Origin: Candidatus Thermosaccharophagus tengchongensis
GTDB taxonomy: Bacteria > Armatimonadota > Fervidibacteria > Fervidibacterales > Thermosaccharophagaceae
Assembly (NCBI GenBank): GCA_032161105.1
Contig: JAVHTD010000027.1
Reading direction: 5' to 3' (one strand)
DNA: 34,940 bases
Part shown: in pieces, positions 19,265-29,171 of the stretch
Position numbering within the stretch: position 1 is the stretch's first letter
Layout of the letters: each line of letters starts with the position of its first letter
The notes under the pieces: model-generated
What the model saw: the letters and a program-made list of their open reading frames with translations, nothing else
What the model was told of the DNA's origin: nothing
Database searches by the model: none
Translations under genes and position numbers: made by a program

Positions 19265-19738
19265 TCATTCTTGAGCCTCTGTCGTCACCGTGTGCTCAAA
19301 GGCATTTTCGTGTGCACGCTCTGATGCCTTGCTTCCTCCCACCCTTGCCTTCCTCGTCATAAACCATGCCTCTACCTGTTCACCGCGTGTGTCATCGCGA
19401 ACGATGACCACATAGATTCTCCCCTCATCGAGCCTCCCAAAAACTTTCAACTTCCATCGGTTCTCCCCGGACGACTCAAGCTTCGTATTGATCGGGTTCA
19501 AATCGCCGTATTCGTCAATCTGCTTGAGCGAGACGGTGAAGCGTGAGGGCGGCTTGTAACCGGAAGACCAATAGATCTCTGGGTCAATATCGGTGTCAAC
19601 ATGGCGGCTGTGGTCGGGCGGTTCAAATACCAACCCTTGCAACGAACCCTGCCCACCAGTCTCAACTGTATGGCGAGTTGCGCCTCCGCAACCGCAAAGG
19701 AACAACGCCAATGCGAAAGCGAGCTTCAAGATCCTCAT
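19265..19738 (-). CDS. Predicted lipoprotein of unknown function
   Basis: MRILKLAFALALFLCGC signal and lipobox. Follows the DUF1080 gene after a short gap. Confidence 0.75.
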   Translation of the reverse strand: MRILKLAFALALFLCGCGGATRHTVETGGQGSLQGLVFEPPDHSRHVDTDIDPEIYWSSGYKPPSRFTVSLKQIDEYGDLNPINTKLESSGENRWKLKVFGRLDEGRIYVVIVRDDTRGEQVEAWFMTRKARVGGSKASERAHENAFEHTVTTEAQE

Positions 19739-19777
19739 TGAAACAACCCCTATGAGCTGCTGGTCTGAAGAGCCAAT

Positions 19778-20617
19778 TCATCGCTGTGCTTCAGATGGAA
19801 TGCCGTAAAGCGATGGCGTCCATTCAGGCTCACCATCGTAACCCTTAATCGGGCGATACCAAATGTTTCGGAAGCGCACCCTAACACCGTGGTCTTGGAG
19901 TGACAACGGTCCAACCGGCGGATGCGGTGCGTATGATGCTAAGGCACCATGTCTCGCCGGACCAAGCAACGGCGTGTGATAATGGACGACCACGCCGTTC
20001 CAAAGCAAGGTCAAATATGCCGGTCGGATAAGCTTGCCCTTCTCATCAAACCTCGGTGCAATCCAAATGATGTCGTAAGTTTGCCACTCGCCCGGCTGCC
20101 TTGCGGCATTGACGAGCGGTGGATACTGCCCATAGACTGCCCCAGCCATGCCATCAGCATATGTTGTGTTCTTGAAGCTGTCAAGCACTTGGATCTCGTA
20201 TCGCCCCATCAGGAAAACGCCGCTGTTGCCCCTGCCCTGCCCGCTGCCTTTCACATCCTCCGGAATGCACCATTCAATGTGCAGCTGACAATCGCCGAAT
20301 TGCTCAACTGTTTCAATGCTGCCACTTCCGGGCACAACCTCCATATAGCCATTTTCAACTTTCCACTTTGCCGGACCACCACCGACCCTGCGCCACTTTG
20401 ACAAGTCTGTGCCATCAAACAGCACTACAGCATCGGATGGCGGCTCGCCGAACACCCTCCCCGGAGTTATAACCGGAGGTTGCGGGCGCTCATTATCATG
20501 CACACGCCACTTTGAGTTTGGAAACACCGGCGCACCTTGATACGCCACGCAAAGGAACCATATGCAACTCACCACGATGGCAACCAATAGCGCCAACGCA
20601 ACTTTTGACCTCAACAT
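19778..20617 (-). CDS. DUF1080 (3-keto-disaccharide hydrolase-like) secreted protein
   Basis: PPSDAVVLFDG, LHIEW, GNSGVFL, YEIQVLD, GEWQTYDI, LQDHG...FRNIW; N-terminal signal. ATG 20617 (ORF track starts at 20632). Confidence 0.92.
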   Translation of the reverse strand: MLRSKVALALLVAIVVSCIWFLCVAYQGAPVFPNSKWRVHDNERPQPPVITPGRVFGEPPSDAVVLFDGTDLSKWRRVGGGPAKWKVENGYMEVVPGSGSIETVEQFGDCQLHIEWCIPEDVKGSGQGRGNSGVFLMGRYEIQVLDSFKNTTYADGMAGAVYGQYPPLVNAARQPGEWQTYDIIWIAPRFDEKGKLIRPAYLTLLWNGVVVHYHTPLLGPARHGALASYAPHPPVGPLSLQDHGVRVRFRNIWYRPIKGYDGEPEWTPSLYGIPSEAQR

Positions 20618-20637
20618 TGCGCTCACCTCCAACGCGC

Positions 20638-21642
20638 TCAGATGTTTCCATCATCCCCGGTTGCCTCATTATAGTTTGCCTCGGACATGGTGACAATCTG
20701 GCGATGCAAATTCGGTATGGTCAACCTGTGCTCCCCACAGATGTAGAAACTCTCACCGCCATCGGCTACAGTCCGAACAAGCATCGTCTTCCAAGGTCTG
20801 AAGTAGTATTCGGGAGATGACTTTGATGGCTCACGCTTCAAGTCGCCACTCAACCGCTGTATGTCAAACACCGCAACGGTGAAATGGCATATTCGCTCAC
20901 CATGCTGGTGAGCAACATTGCGAGCCATCGCCAAAGCCTTCAAAAAAACTTCCGGCGCCATGACAGCGCTCCCGAAGCTGAGCAGGACACCGCCTTCAAG
21001 CTTGCTCACCGAGTGGGCGAAGATGAGGAAGTCATGATAGGATGCAGCTCCAATTGCAGCACCATCGCAGTTTGGGTGCTCGTGAACAATGTCATAGCCT
21101 ATGCCCACATGCACTGTTATCGGTATGCCCAGCCTGTATGCATTCCCAAAGATGCTAAACTGACGATACGGCAAATTGCCGTCCCAAATCATTCTTCCGA
21201 GCGCCTCGCCAAACCCCACCCCATCTCTGTGCGCCATCTTTGCGGCTTCGTTCACAGCGCCGGTTTCCTCCCACAATCCAAACTGACCCTCGCTTATGTA
21301 GCGGGCAACGCTCTCAGTTGTTGCACCGATTAGCGATATCTCATAGTCATGTATTGCACATGCCCCGTTACACGCTATGTGCGATACGAATCCCCTTTCC
21401 ATCAGGTCAATGATGAACTTTGAAACACCAGCCCGTATCACATGCGCGCCGAGCATCCAAATGATGATGCCGCCGCGCCCCTTCGCACGAAGCATCCTCT
21501 CGGCTACGGCTTTAAGGTGCGGATGGTCAAACTCCTCAAATGGTGATGTGAGTTCAAGGAACGAGGAGATATCAAGGTCATGCCTGCGCTCGCTCAATGG
21601 CTTTAACTTCAACTTTGATCGGTCAAATGTCGGAAACGGCAT
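20638..21642 (-). CDS. GSU2086-like conserved protein (deoxyhypusine-synthase-like fold)
   Basis: GAHVIR, NGACAIHDYE, GQFGLWEETG, TVHVGIGYDIVHEHP, GSAVMAPEVFLKAL, YYFRP. Confidence 0.7.
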   Translation of the reverse strand: MPFPTFDRSKLKLKPLSERRHDLDISSFLELTSPFEEFDHPHLKAVAERMLRAKGRGGIIIWMLGAHVIRAGVSKFIIDLMERGFVSHIACNGACAIHDYEISLIGATTESVARYISEGQFGLWEETGAVNEAAKMAHRDGVGFGEALGRMIWDGNLPYRQFSIFGNAYRLGIPITVHVGIGYDIVHEHPNCDGAAIGAASYHDFLIFAHSVSKLEGGVLLSFGSAVMAPEVFLKALAMARNVAHQHGERICHFTVAVFDIQRLSGDLKREPSKSSPEYYFRPWKTMLVRTVADGGESFYICGEHRLTIPNLHRQIVTMSEANYNEATGDDGNI

Positions 21643-21676
21643 TGTGACTCACTGCCCCCACCACAAGGTGAATGGC

Positions 21677-23398
21677 TCACTTAAGCGGCGTGAGAAAACA
21701 AACGCCATCTATGAGGATGGTGTTTTGGGTCGGACCACCGGCAACGGCACTCATGTCAACGAGCGCTATTGCAAGCAGCTGGTCTGGGTCAAGCTTATCA
21801 TTATCGTCACGCGCATCGGGGCTCGGAATGAAATCGCTCAAAGGCAAATCAAAGCGCTGCCACTTGCCACCCTGCAAGTCAATTTGCCTCTGATACCTCC
21901 CACCACCGCGCTCTTGAAGCACAATCAAAAGAGACGCTGCCTCCCTTGACTTAATCCACATGCGCAATGCACTCACATGCTTGAGCAGGGCACCACCTGA
22001 GAGCGTGACGAAGTGAGCTATACCTATAACGCCGTTTGCCGGCACATCGTAATCAACTCTGAGGTGATAACGCCCTTGCGCCTCGTCCGGGAAATGCTCT
22101 TCCCTTTTAACCATAGCTCTCATGGCTATGTCCAAGTTGAAGCCCGGCTGTATCGTCACTTCAAGCGGCACCCAACGCAACACATCCGATTCAAAGTTAT
22201 CAAGCCATATGATGATGCCATCCTTATCTTGGGCAACGCCCTGCGTCATTGGCAATTCGGCGCTTGAGAATGCGATCCTGTCAATCCAAAGTTGCCTTTT
22301 GCCGTGCAGCCTCGTGATGAAGTCGGCAAACAAACCGCCCGCATCTATTAGGGCGATGAATTGCACTTGGTTTAAGTCAAGCCTTTCATTCTCGTCCTTT
22401 GCATCTTCGGCGAGTTGGAAGTCATCAATGCTGATAGCGATATCGTTCCATTCGCCGGGCGCAACATAAACGAATGTCTGATACCGAGAGCCGTCATTCT
22501 CAACGAGTGCCACTACAAGCCCTGTTGGTTCGGTCGCCTTAACCGACATAACAAAGCTTTTCGCATCAGTGATGCCCCTCGTAAGAAGGGTCATGAACGC
22601 CGGCATGGTGTTCGGCTTCAACTCATAGTGGATTGAGAGAGCGCCATTGCCATGCCTTGCAGTGCCAGCACCAAGCTCAACAGTCATATCAGCGCTCAAG
22701 TTGAGCTCAAACTTGCCGGGCGAAAAAGCGACCGGCGCCCAAAAGAGCGTTGTGCCCTCAAAATCGTCAACAAGTTGCAGCTTTGCATCGCCAACTTCAA
22801 TTGACCTAAAGCGCGCCACAACTTCGGATGTGCTCACGAGAAAGTCATCTACCAAGATCGTGCGCTCCTGTGCGACGCCGCCTGGTTGAAAAAGCGTTAT
22901 GGCATCGGCAAGCCCGATCATTGAAACCTGATCCATGTCAAGCTTGCCATTCTCATCCTGAGTATCCGGCATGAGCATGAAGTCATCAACGCTCAACTGC
23001 ACCAACTGCCATTTGCCACCGATGACGCAAAAGGCAGCCGCATACCTTGAGCCATCATTCTCCTGCAGGGCAAGCAAAAGCACGGTCGTGCTTGACGGCT
23101 TTACCCAAAATGATATGCTGCGCGCTCTCGGCAATGGTGCAGTCGGCATAACTGCCACCGCAATCCCTTTGGCGTATGAGAAGGAGAGCGCCATCTGACC
23201 AGAGTGAGCGTCACCCTTAGCTATGCCAACCTTGCCGTTGCCTAAGACAAACCAGACTGAACGCCCCTTCTCAAAATCATCGTAAAAGAGAGCCTGCGCA
23301 GGTTGACCAAAGGCATTGGATGCAACCACAGCAAGACAAACCGCCGTAAGCAACTTGAACCACCACGCCATCACATTGCGCAACCAAAATGCGAGCAT
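21677..23398 (-). CDS. Secreted protein with three tandem CBM11/CIA30-like beta-sandwich repeats
   Basis: Three copies of D[D/N]FE...LxExxG[S/G]RY...G[K/E]W...DF...D[E/D]NxxLDxxQ...I[L/W]xD, plus a signal peptide. Start uncertain (23479, 23398 or 23371). Confidence 0.75.
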   Translation of the reverse strand: MLAFWLRNVMAWWFKLLTAVCLAVVASNAFGQPAQALFYDDFEKGRSVWFVLGNGKVGIAKGDAHSGQMALSFSYAKGIAVAVMPTAPLPRARSISFWVKPSSTTVLLLALQENDGSRYAAAFCVIGGKWQLVQLSVDDFMLMPDTQDENGKLDMDQVSMIGLADAITLFQPGGVAQERTILVDDFLVSTSEVVARFRSIEVGDAKLQLVDDFEGTTLFWAPVAFSPGKFELNLSADMTVELGAGTARHGNGALSIHYELKPNTMPAFMTLLTRGITDAKSFVMSVKATEPTGLVVALVENDGSRYQTFVYVAPGEWNDIAISIDDFQLAEDAKDENERLDLNQVQFIALIDAGGLFADFITRLHGKRQLWIDRIAFSSAELPMTQGVAQDKDGIIIWLDNFESDVLRWVPLEVTIQPGFNLDIAMRAMVKREEHFPDEAQGRYHLRVDYDVPANGVIGIAHFVTLSGGALLKHVSALRMWIKSREAASLLIVLQERGGGRYQRQIDLQGGKWQRFDLPLSDFIPSPDARDDNDKLDPDQLLAIALVDMSAVAGGPTQNTILIDGVCFLTPLK

Positions 23399-23583
23399 CA
23401 ACATCACCCCCATCAAGTTGATGGATATGCCGCCCATGCATTTACCAACAAAGCGCCAACATTGCTGCACCCGCTTCATGAAGACCGTCCACTAACCCTT
23501 GTAGCCATTAAAGCATCCTTCTAACCTCGTGGCTAATCACGGTCATCAGCCTGTGATAGCTGCATAGCTACTATGAATTGCCC

Positions 23584-24864
23584 TCACTGAGTCGCAAGTA
23601 TGCGTTCAACCTTTTCCAAGTCCTCCGGCGTATCAACGCCGATTGCCTCATACTTCGTTTCAACGACGAGCACCTTGACGCCGTGCTCAAGTGCCCTCAG
23701 CTGCTCAAGCCCTTCGGCAATTTCAAGCGGCGTCCTATGCCAAGATGAGAACTCAAGGAGGAACTCGCGCCTGAAGGCATACAAGCCGATGTGCCGAAGC
23801 ACCTTTGCCTGCCTTTCACTCGGCAAGTTGAATTGCACAGCAGACGGCATTTTACCGCTCGGTCTGAAGAATGGTATCGGTGAGCGTGAGAAGTATAGCG
23901 CACGGCTCTGCAAATCAACGACCACCTTAACGACATTCGGGTTAAGGTAATCCTCAACCTGCCGTATGGGCGTCGCCAGAGTCGCCATTTGCAGCTTGTC
24001 ATCACGCTCAAACGGCTCAATGGCTGCATCAACTGCCTCAGGGTCAAGGAGTGGCTCATCGCCCTGTATGTTCACAACGACATCGCAATCCAAACTCGCA
24101 GCCACCTCAGCGACCCTATCCGTGCCAGATGGATGAGCCGGCGAAGTCATCCATACATCCGCGCCAAATGAACGCGCAACATTTGAAACACGCTCATCAT
24201 CCGTTGCGATGATGACCCTGCAGAGGCGCCTTGCCTTTATCGCCCTCTCGTAAACATGCTGTATCATCGGCTTGCCAGCTATTGGCATGATGACCTTTCC
24301 CTCAAACCTCGTTGAGGCATATCGTGCCGGTATGACGCCGATGGCTCTAATCCCCGCCGACAACTTAACGGCAGTTGCCGCAATGCCGCGCTTTATCCTC
24401 TCAACGATTTGCGTCGTTGACTCGCTTTCAATCAGCGGCAGTATGACTACCTCACCGCCATAAGATTTGACGAGTGGCGCTTCGGGGAGCTCAGCCTCGG
24501 TGTAGTCGCCACCTTTGACATGCACATGCGGCTTTATGAGCGATATGGCGCGGTGCGGGCGAAGCTCATCAAACACGAAGACAAAATCAACGCATGAAAG
24601 GCTCGCGATGAGGTAAGCCCTCGTCCGCTCATCAAGGATTGGTCTTCCCTCACCTTTGAGCTGCCTCACCGAGCTGTCACTGTTAACGCCGACGATCAAA
24701 ACATCGCCGAGCGACTTAGCTCGGAACAAATACTCAACATGACCGCGATGGAGTATGTCAAAGCAACCGTTGGTGAAGACGATGCGCTTGCCGCATGCCT
24801 TTAGCTGGTTGGCTATTTTGGCTGCCTCCTCAAGCGGCTTTATTTTCTCATCGGGGTGAGGCAT
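23584..24864 (-). CDS. kdsB: Fusion of RfaE2/HldC-type heptose-1-phosphate adenylyltransferase and CMP-Kdo synthetase KdsB
   Basis: N-terminal TNGCFDILHRGH, GVNSDSSV, KGGDY, STTQIV. C-terminal IPARYASTRFEGK, SGTDR, NIQGDEP, ALYFSRSPIP, HIGLY, EGLEQLRALE, GVDTPEDL, all in one frame. Confidence 0.92.
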   Translation of the reverse strand: MPHPDEKIKPLEEAAKIANQLKACGKRIVFTNGCFDILHRGHVEYLFRAKSLGDVLIVGVNSDSSVRQLKGEGRPILDERTRAYLIASLSCVDFVFVFDELRPHRAISLIKPHVHVKGGDYTEAELPEAPLVKSYGGEVVILPLIESESTTQIVERIKRGIAATAVKLSAGIRAIGVIPARYASTRFEGKVIMPIAGKPMIQHVYERAIKARRLCRVIIATDDERVSNVARSFGADVWMTSPAHPSGTDRVAEVAASLDCDVVVNIQGDEPLLDPEAVDAAIEPFERDDKLQMATLATPIRQVEDYLNPNVVKVVVDLQSRALYFSRSPIPFFRPSGKMPSAVQFNLPSERQAKVLRHIGLYAFRREFLLEFSSWHRTPLEIAEGLEQLRALEHGVKVLVVETKYEAIGVDTPEDLEKVERILATQ

Positions 24865-24917
24865 ACTTGTCAGCACCTCAACTGAACGAATTTAGCGCAC
24901 ATGTCCCTTCCCATCCC

Positions 24918-24939
24918 GCCACTGACATATGTCAGTGGC
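24918..24939. promoter_or_regulatory. Perfect 22-bp palindrome in the divergent rfaE2-kdsB / alaS intergenic region
   Basis: GCCACTGACATATGTCAGTGGC equals its own reverse complement. Function is inferred only. Confidence 0.5.
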
Positions 24940-25075
24940 ATCATAAATGGTGATGCGACATTCAATGCTGCTGTCGCAGTGTTTTCCTTTTGATGTCGCC
25001 AAATTAAACTTGCCGCATGCCAGCTGATGTTGCATCTCCCAAAGCCAGAGAGCTGCGCAACGGGGTGATGCCAAG

Positions 25076-27712
25076 GTGACGGGACATGAGTTGAGAGCCA
25101 TCTTCCTTGACTTCTTCGCTCGCAGGGGACACCTTGTCCTGCCGAGCTATCCACTGATACCCGATGACCCATCAACACTTTTCACGAGCGCAGGCATGCA
25201 GCCACTTGTGCCCTATTTCAAGGGTGAGAGAAAACCACCGCACCCACGCATCTCAACATGCCAAAAGTGCACGCGCACAGGAGACATTGACAGGGTCGGA
25301 TACACATGGCGCCACCTAACTTTCTTTGAGATGCTCGGCAACTTCTCATTCGGCGACTACTTCAAGCGAGAAGCCATCCTTTGGGCGTGGGAATTGCTAA
25401 CTGATGTCTTGCGAATACCGAGTGAGCGCCTTTGGGTCTCTGTCTACCTTGAGGATGATGAGGCGTTTGAGATTTGGGAAAGGGATGTCGGCTTGCCAGA
25501 GGAGCGCATCGTCAGGTTGGGCAAGTCTGACAATTGGTGGGGTCCAGTCGGAGATGAGGGACCTTGTGGTCCTTGCACCGAAATTCATTACGACAGGGGA
25601 GTTGAGTATGGCTGCGGGAAGGTGGATTGCAAGCCCGGGTGCGACTGTGACCGATGGGGCGAGCTTTGGAACTTGGTCTTCCAACAGTATGACCAGCAGC
25701 GTGACGGCACACTGGTGCCGCTACCAAAGCCGTGCATTGACACCGGCATGGGTCTTGAGAGGCTTGCTGCGGTCATGCAGGGCAAGGTGACAGTCTTTGA
25801 GACTGACCTCTTTTGGGCTGCAATAGAGCGCATCGTTGAGATGCTCGGCGGTGCATATCGCTATGGCGAGGATGCCGAAGTGGATGCAGCCATAAGGATA
25901 ATTGCCGACCATGCTCGTGCTGCCACATTCGTCATCTCCGACGGCGTAGCGCCATCAAACGAAGGGCGTGGGTATGTCCTCAGGCGCTTCATAAGGCGCG
26001 CTTACATTCACGGTAAGAGACTCGGCATAGAGGGCGAGTTCGTGCACAAGCTCGCCCAAGTCTACGCCGACATCATGAAGGAACCATATCCCGAGGTCGC
26101 CGAGCAGGTGAACTTGATTGAGGCTGTGATTCGGCGTGAGGAGGAGCGCTTCTCTGAGACGATGGAGCGCGGCTTGCAAATGCTTGAAGAGATAATTGAA
26201 CGCCAATCAGAAGCCGGTGAGCTTGTCATATCTGGAGAGGACGCATTCAGGCTCTATGACACCTACGGCTTCCCAATTGAGTTGACCGAGGAGATAGCAC
26301 GCTCAAGGGGCTTTGATGTTGACATTGATGGGTTCAATGCGGCGCTTGAGAGGCAAAGGGAACTCGCAAGGGCGAGGAGCGCATTCAGGGTTGAAAGCGC
26401 CGAAGAGTTTGAGGGCGTTCCTCCGACGGAGTTTGTTGGCTATGAGACGACGAGGGAGAGGGCAAAGGTTGTCGCCGTAAGGCAGGTTGATGGCGATGTG
26501 TGGGTGGCTTTGGACAGGACGCCATTTTATGCCGAGGCCGGCGGGCAAGTGGCAGATGTCGGCTGGCTCAAAGACGATGATGGCTTGATTGAAGTTGAGG
26601 TGACGGATGCGCAATGGCGTGGCGATGTCATAGCGCACAAGGTTGAAGTCAAAAGGGGCGTGCTCACCGAGGGCATGACCGTCAATGCAATCGTTGATGA
26701 GCCAAGAAGGAACGCGATAAGGCGGGCTCACACTGCCACTCACTTGCTCCATGCCGCATTGCGCAAAGTCTTGGGCGAGCATGCCCGTCAGGCTGGCTCA
26801 CTCGTTGCACCAGATAGGCTTCGCTTTGACTTCACGCACGGGCAGGCGCTCACCGATGAAGAGATTGAGCGAGTTGAGGCGTTCGTCAACGAGCTTGTGC
26901 TCAGTGACATACGAGTTGAGGCATTTGAGGCTGGCTTGCAAGAGGCAAAGCAAATGGGCGCATTGGCGCTGTTCGGTGAGAAGTATGGTGAGAGGGTCAG
27001 GGTTGTGCGCATAGGCGATGTCAGCATGGAACTGTGTGGCGGGACGCACCTTGACCGAACATCACAAGTCGGCTTCCTCAAGGTGATTAGCGAGGTGAGC
27101 GTCGCAGCGAATGTCAGGCGGATTGAGGCGCTGACTGGATTTGAGGCGCTAAGGTGGGTGCGCCAGAGGGAGAAGCTGCTCAGCGACATCTCCGAAATGC
27201 TTGATACACCACAGGACAGATTGAGGGAGGGCATAGCGGCACTGCTTGAGGAGAGGCGCACATTGCAAAGGCGCATTGAACAGCTTGAGGCGAGGGCTGC
27301 AGCCGCGCATGTTGATGAGCTGCTCAAAGAGGCAGTCACGGTCGGCAGCGTGAAGCTGATAGCTAAGGAAGTCCCAAACATGTCGGCGACGGCACTCGGT
27401 CAACTTGCCGACGCCTTGGTCGCAAGATTGCCATGTGGTGTCGCCGTGCTTGCGAGTGTCGTTGGCAACCGCATCTTGTTTGTGGCAAAGGTGAGCCCCG
27501 AGGCAAAGGCTCATGGCGTCCACGCAGGTGAACTGCTCCGCCAAGTCGCAAGCATTACTGGTGGCGGTGGCGGCGGCAGGGCTGACTTCGCGCAGGCTGG
27601 CGGAAAGGACACAAGTAAGCTCAATGAGGCGCTCTCCAAAGCTAAGGAAGTGGTTGAAGCGCAGATAAGCGGGGCAACGCGGGAAAGGGGACACACTAAG
27701 CGTCAATCATAG
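25076..27712 (+). CDS. alaS: Alanine--tRNA ligase
   Basis: FTSAGMQ, HLTFFEMLGNFSFGDYFK, IDTGMGLER, editing HTATH and ELCGGTH, C-terminal GGGGGG..FAQAGG. Confidence 0.98.
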   Translation: MTGHELRAIFLDFFARRGHLVLPSYPLIPDDPSTLFTSAGMQPLVPYFKGERKPPHPRISTCQKCTRTGDIDRVGYTWRHLTFFEMLGNFSFGDYFKREAILWAWELLTDVLRIPSERLWVSVYLEDDEAFEIWERDVGLPEERIVRLGKSDNWWGPVGDEGPCGPCTEIHYDRGVEYGCGKVDCKPGCDCDRWGELWNLVFQQYDQQRDGTLVPLPKPCIDTGMGLERLAAVMQGKVTVFETDLFWAAIERIVEMLGGAYRYGEDAEVDAAIRIIADHARAATFVISDGVAPSNEGRGYVLRRFIRRAYIHGKRLGIEGEFVHKLAQVYADIMKEPYPEVAEQVNLIEAVIRREEERFSETMERGLQMLEEIIERQSEAGELVISGEDAFRLYDTYGFPIELTEEIARSRGFDVDIDGFNAALERQRELARARSAFRVESAEEFEGVPPTEFVGYETTRERAKVVAVRQVDGDVWVALDRTPFYAEAGGQVADVGWLKDDDGLIEVEVTDAQWRGDVIAHKVEVKRGVLTEGMTVNAIVDEPRRNAIRRAHTATHLLHAALRKVLGEHARQAGSLVAPDRLRFDFTHGQALTDEEIERVEAFVNELVLSDIRVEAFEAGLQEAKQMGALALFGEKYGERVRVVRIGDVSMELCGGTHLDRTSQVGFLKVISEVSVAANVRRIEALTGFEALRWVRQREKLLSDISEMLDTPQDRLREGIAALLEERRTLQRRIEQLEARAAAAHVDELLKEAVTVGSVKLIAKEVPNMSATALGQLADALVARLPCGVAVLASVVGNRILFVAKVSPEAKAHGVHAGELLRQVASITGGGGGGRADFAQAGGKDTSKLNEALSKAKEVVEAQISGATRERGHTKRQS

Positions 27713-27894
27713 CCAGATAAAATTCAGCCTCAAAAGCGCCTGTGTGGTTTGAGGTGTTCGGAGAGGTGAGCAAATGGGTTTGGATGCTGACCCTGTTTGC
27801 CGCACTTCGCTGTGACGGATTAAGCGCTTCACATGCGAGTTTTTGCGGTTCAACATGGGACGCTCACTTCCGCTTTGAAGGGCGGTGTTCGGTC

Positions 27895-28986
27895 GTGCGC
27901 AAGGTGAAGATTGGCGTTGTGGGTGCTTGTGGCTTCATGGGTCAGACGACGCACCTTCATGCGTTTTCATCATTGGTTGATGACTGTGAGCTTGTCGCGG
28001 CAGTCGGCAGACGAGAGAAGTTGCTGAACATCGTGGCTGACAGGTTCGGCATAAGGAAGCGCTATGGCAGCGTTGATGAGCTTTGCGACGATGATGAAGT
28101 TGAAGCCGCCGTCGTCATTCTGCCACCAGAATGGAATTTGCCAACCGCATTGAAGTTGCTCTCTTCGGGCAAGCATGTGATGTGTGAAAAACCGTTAGCC
28201 CTTTCGGTTGAGAGCGCAAACGAGATAGTGAAGGCAGCCGAAGAGAACAAACGCCTGCTCATGGTGGCATACATGAAGCGTTACGATGCTGGTGTCCAAA
28301 AGGCTTTGGAGTTAGTTCGTGAGTGGGAGGCAAGCGGCGAAATGGGTTCCCTCCTTTATGCGCGTGCGCATTGTTTTATCGGGGGTAAGTGGACGGCGGG
28401 AAGGGAGTTGATTGCCCCAGTCATGCGGACCGATGAACCATATGGCGCTATGCCTGAGAGAGACCCAGGTCCAAAATGGCTTCCCGATGAGCTGCGCCAA
28501 AACTTGTATGGGCATGGCAACCTGTATTACCACTTCCTTCATGTCCACTGCCACAACATCAATTTGATGCGCGCCTTCTTGGGAGATGAGTGCGCCATCG
28601 TCGGCGTCAACTTAAGGCATAGGGTGCGTTTAGTCATGTTTGAGTTTTCAAGAACGCCAGCCACCCTTGAGGTTGGCGGTCCGATAAAGCACCACGGATT
28701 TGATGAGCACCTTGCGCTCTACTTTGAGAAGGGCTTCATGAAAATTGAGACGCCGCCACCATTGCTTGCACAAGTTCCAGCTAAAGTGACGGTGCACTAT
28801 GGCGAGCAAAACAAGACTGTGCAACTGCACTCCGATTGGGATTGGTCGTTTAGAAGGCAAGCATTGCACTTCATTGAATGCATCCGAAATGGATTGCAAC
28901 CGTTGACTGATGGGAGGGACGCTGCAAAGGACATCGGAATTGTTGAGGACATATTCAAAGCTCACATTGCCGCAGCGTGCCAGTAG
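27895..28986 (+). CDS. Gfo/Idh/MocA-family oxidoreductase
   Basis: KIGVVGACGFMG, GKHVMCEKP, YMKRYD. Likely GTG start at 27895 (ORF track starts at 27742). Confidence 0.9.
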   Translation: MRKVKIGVVGACGFMGQTTHLHAFSSLVDDCELVAAVGRREKLLNIVADRFGIRKRYGSVDELCDDDEVEAAVVILPPEWNLPTALKLLSSGKHVMCEKPLALSVESANEIVKAAEENKRLLMVAYMKRYDAGVQKALELVREWEASGEMGSLLYARAHCFIGGKWTAGRELIAPVMRTDEPYGAMPERDPGPKWLPDELRQNLYGHGNLYYHFLHVHCHNINLMRAFLGDECAIVGVNLRHRVRLVMFEFSRTPATLEVGGPIKHHGFDEHLALYFEKGFMKIETPPPLLAQVPAKVTVHYGEQNKTVQLHSDWDWSFRRQALHFIECIRNGLQPLTDGRDAAKDIGIVEDIFKAHIAAACQ

Positions 28987-29171
28987 CAATCAAAAGGTAA
29001 AGGTATGCGTATACCATACCTTGGATGGCATGGAAGGTCACGAACTGCACTCCGCTGAGCTGGTAGCAGTGTTGCAGTTAAACTTCTTGGCACACGCTCT
29101 TTGCTCAAGATGGCTTTGGGTCAATGTGAAGCGCAAAGCATCACCGCAACTCCCCTTAGGAGGTGGGCACT

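Noticed and set aside
24865..25075. T-box leader for alaS
   Set aside because: No GGTGGNACCGCG-like T-box sequence or terminator seen.
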